Assembly: GCA_039818945.1 (NCBI GenBank)
Contig: JBCBSZ010000001.1
Coordinates: 1 to 24,000 of the forward strand
Direction of reading: 5' to 3'
Source of the DNA: Actinomycetota bacterium
GTDB taxonomy: Bacteria; Actinomycetota; Acidimicrobiia; Acidimicrobiales; Poriferisodalaceae
DNA length: 24,000 bases
Part shown: positions 21,796-24,000 of the stretch, in pieces
Layout of the letters: each line of letters begins with the position of its first letter
Numbering within the stretch: the first letter of the stretch is position 1
Made by a program: the position numbers and the translations under genes
Notes under the pieces: model-generated
What the model was told of the DNA's origin: nothing
The model's database searches: none
Seen by the model: the letters and a program-made list of their open reading frames with translations, nothing else

Positions 21796-23679
21796 TCACC
21801 ACCCGATCCGCTGCTCGGTCTTGCCCTTGTCGAGCTCGGCGCGGGCGTCGAGGACCTCCTGGCGGTTCGACACCTCGGGCACCCCGACCTCCCAGAAGCT
21901 GCCACCCTCGGTCCACGTGTACGGATCGACCTGCAGCGCGATGACGGAGGTCCGGTCCGCGGCTCGGGCCCGCTCGACGGCCCCTTCGAGCTCGGCGATC
22001 GAGCTGACGGTCTCGGCGGCGCATCCCATCGAGGCGGCGTGGGCGGCGAAGTCGACGGCGAAGGGCTCCACGCCGAGGCGGCAGTCGCTGATCAGGTTGT
22101 TGAACGGCACTCCACCCTGGTTGACCTGCAGCCGGTTGATCACCGCGAAGCCGCCGTTGTCGCAGACGATGACGATCATCTTGTGACCGCTCAGCACCGA
22201 GCTGTACAGGTCGGAGTTCATCATCAGGTACGACCCGTCGCCGACGAAGACGAACACCTCGCCGTCGCGCTCGGCCCCGCCGCCCGGGCCGTAGGCCATC
22301 GCCGCACCCCACCCACCGGCGGTCTCGTAACCCATGCACGAGTAGCCGTACTCGCAGTCGAAGGTGCCCACGCCTCGCGACCACCAGCCGTTGTTGACCT
22401 CGCCGGGGAACCCACCCGCCGCGGCGAGGCACACGTCGCCCTCGGCCGCCGTGCGGTTCACCGCGGCCACGACCTGCGCGTACGTGACCGTGTCGTCGGT
22501 CGGGGCGCCGATCGTGTCGAGGTAGGCGCAGAAGCCGGCTTTCTCCTCGGCCGCACGCTGCATCCACGCCGTCGGAGCCCTCCAGCCGCTCAGCACTTCC
22601 GACAGCACGCCGAGGGTCTCGCGGGCGTCACCGACGACGGGCACCGAACGGTGCTTGACGGCGTCGAAGCGGGTCGTGTTGATGCCGATGACGACGGTGT
22701 CGTCGTTCTTGAAGATCGTCCACGAGCCGGTCGTGAAGTCCTGGAGCCGACAGCCGATCGCCACGACCACGTCGGCTTCGGCGGCGAGGCTGTTGGCCGC
22801 CTCGCAGCCGGTGACACCGATCGGGCCCACGTAGGCCGGGTCGTCACCGACGAGGCAGGACTTGCCGGCGACGGTCTCGACGACCGGGATGTGGTGGCGG
22901 GCGGCGAACTCGCTCAGCTCGGCCTCGGCGACCGAGTAGTGCACCCCGCCGCCGGCGATGATCAGGGGGCGCCGGGCCGACCGGAGGTGCTCGGTCGCGT
23001 CGGCGATCTCGCTGACGTCGGCCCGGGGCCGCGGCGGTCGGTGCATGACCGGCTCGAAGAAGCGCTCGGGGTAGTCGAACGCGGTGGCCTGGACGTCCTG
23101 GGGTAGGCCGATGAACGCCGGCCCGCGGGTGGACGGGTCGATCATCGTGGCGAGGGCCGCCGGCAGCGACTGCACGACCTGCGCCGGGTGGGTGATGCGA
23201 TCCCAGAACCTCGTCACCGGCTTGAACGCGTCGTTGACCGTCGTCGACGGCTCACCGAAGTTCTCGACCTGCTGGAGGACCGGGTCGGGGATGCGCGAGG
23301 CGAACGTGTCGCCCGAGAACAGCAGGAGCGGCAGCCGGTTCGACGACGCCACCGCCGCCGCGGTGACCATGTTCGTGGCGCCCGGGCCGACCGACGACGT
23401 CGCCGCCATGACCTGCCGGCCCTTCACCGCCTTGTTGTAGGCGACGGCGGCGAGGGCCATGCCCTGCTCGTTCTGACCCCGCCAGGTCGGGAGCTCGCCC
23501 TGCACCTCCTCGAGCGCGTGGCCGAGGCAGGTCACGTTGCCGTGGCCGAAGATGCCGAAGACGCCGGGGAACATCGGGGCCTCGGCGCCGTCGGGCAGGA
23601 TCGTGCGCTGGGCGATCATCCAGCGGACGATCGCCTGCGCGGTGGTGAGCCGCACGGTGGCTCGGGTGGCGTCGGTCAT
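21796..23679 (-). CDS. iolD: 3D-(3,5/4)-trihydroxycyclohexane-1,2-dione acylhydrolase (decyclizing), ThDP-dependent
   Basis: 627 aa. N-terminus VRLTTAQAIVRWMIAQR...FGIFGHGNV and the ThDP-binding region GDGSYLMMNSDLYSSV...CDNGGFAVINRLQ are typical of IolD/acetolactate-synthase-like enzymes. It sits in iol context. Confidence 0.9.
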   Translation of the reverse strand: MTDATRATVRLTTAQAIVRWMIAQRTILPDGAEAPMFPGVFGIFGHGNVTCLGHALEEVQGELPTWRGQNEQGMALAAVAYNKAVKGRQVMAATSSVGPGATNMVTAAAVASSNRLPLLLFSGDTFASRIPDPVLQQVENFGEPSTTVNDAFKPVTRFWDRITHPAQVVQSLPAALATMIDPSTRGPAFIGLPQDVQATAFDYPERFFEPVMHRPPRPRADVSEIADATEHLRSARRPLIIAGGGVHYSVAEAELSEFAARHHIPVVETVAGKSCLVGDDPAYVGPIGVTGCEAANSLAAEADVVVAIGCRLQDFTTGSWTIFKNDDTVVIGINTTRFDAVKHRSVPVVGDARETLGVLSEVLSGWRAPTAWMQRAAEEKAGFCAYLDTIGAPTDDTVTYAQVVAAVNRTAAEGDVCLAAAGGFPGEVNNGWWSRGVGTFDCEYGYSCMGYETAGGWGAAMAYGPGGGAERDGEVFVFVGDGSYLMMNSDLYSSVLSGHKMIVIVCDNGGFAVINRLQVNQGGVPFNNLISDCRLGVEPFAVDFAAHAASMGCAAETVSSIAELEGAVERARAADRTSVIALQVDPYTWTEGGSFWEVGVPEVSNRQEVLDARAELDKGKTEQRIGW

Positions 23680-24000
23680 GACCGGGCGCTCCTCTCGGGC
23701 AGGGGGGCGAGCGAGCCGGTGGCCCGCTCGATGCGGAAGGCGTCGAGGATCTCCGCCAGCGACAGCAGCGGCGTCCCCAGCCGCTCGGACGTGGCGACCG
23801 CGGAGATCGAGGTGTCGTAGGGGATCGTCTGCCCCGCGAACGCCTCGATCGGCGCACGACCGAAGCGCAGCAGCGACCGGTCGAGGTCGAACACCTCGAC
23901 CGTCGCCTCGGCCAGCTGCCGCCGGGTGGCGGACTCGGACCCGCAGCAGTGGAAGACGCCGGTCGCGCCCGTCGCGACCGCGGCGCGCATGACCTCGCCG
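23676..24000 (-). CDS. RmlD-like / NAD(P)-dependent sugar-nucleotide reductase (SDR) family protein, C-terminal fragment; 5' end outside window
   Basis: The frame is open to the window edge. GVFHCCGSESATRRQLAEATVEVF...IPYDTSISAVATSERLG resembles the substrate-binding C-terminal part of dTDP-4-dehydrorhamnose-reductase-like proteins. The stop overlaps the iolD ATG (ATGA). Confidence 0.5.
   Translation of the reverse strand, partial: GEVMRAAVATGATGVFHCCGSESATRRQLAEATVEVFDLDRSLLRFGRAPIEAFAGQTIPYDTSISAVATSERLGTPLLSLAEILDAFRIERATGSLAPLPERSARS

Noticed and set aside
1-24000. Search for tRNA/rRNA genes, CRISPR repeats, IS elements or transposase/integrase genes, and long direct or terminal inverted repeats.
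   Set aside because: Reading both strands showed no periodic repeat-spacer structure, no tRNA-like T-arm/acceptor sequence, and no transposase or integrase-like ORFs. The window looks like core or accessory metabolic chromosome rather than a mobile element.

Overview
High-GC (roughly 70% by eye) actinobacterial-type chromosomal window. It is densely coding: 22 CDS are supported, two of them truncated at the window edges. I found no rRNA, tRNA, CRISPR array, transposase or integrase.

Gene order, left to right:
(1) End of a molybdopterin oxidoreductase gene, translationally coupled to a 4-TM membrane protein, a DUF2064-type transferase-like protein and a hypothetical protein.
(2) Two divergently transcribed zinc-metallopeptidase lipoproteins: an M1 aminopeptidase and an unclassified HExxH protein.
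(3) An OmpR-type response regulator and histidine kinase pair.
(4) A short (510 aa) YjjI-type glycyl-radical enzyme with its own radical-SAM activase, followed co-directionally by a LysR regulator and an N,N-dimethylformamidase-large-subunit-like protein.
(5) A zinc-ribbon/TM/PD40-propeller membrane protein.
(6) A minus-strand myo-inositol catabolic set: RmlD-like SDR, iolD ... iolC, iolB, a class-I LacD/DUF2090-like aldolase and a PPOX-like flavoprotein. This set is split by a three-gene block holding a single-domain Hmp-like globin, a 904-aa wHTH-AAA-TPR regulator with a Lys-less Walker A, and an uncharacterised secreted protein with an internal duplication.

Most interesting:
- The orphan glycyl-radical enzyme/activase pair. 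Its family chemistry is unknown, and its genomic coupling here is unusual.
- A textbook promoter plus a perfect 22-bp lacO-like palindrome in front of iolC, which also corrects the ORF-track start.
- The globin/STAND-like regulator/secreted-protein block interrupting the iol genes.

All functional calls come from motif recognition by eye. No database search was possible.
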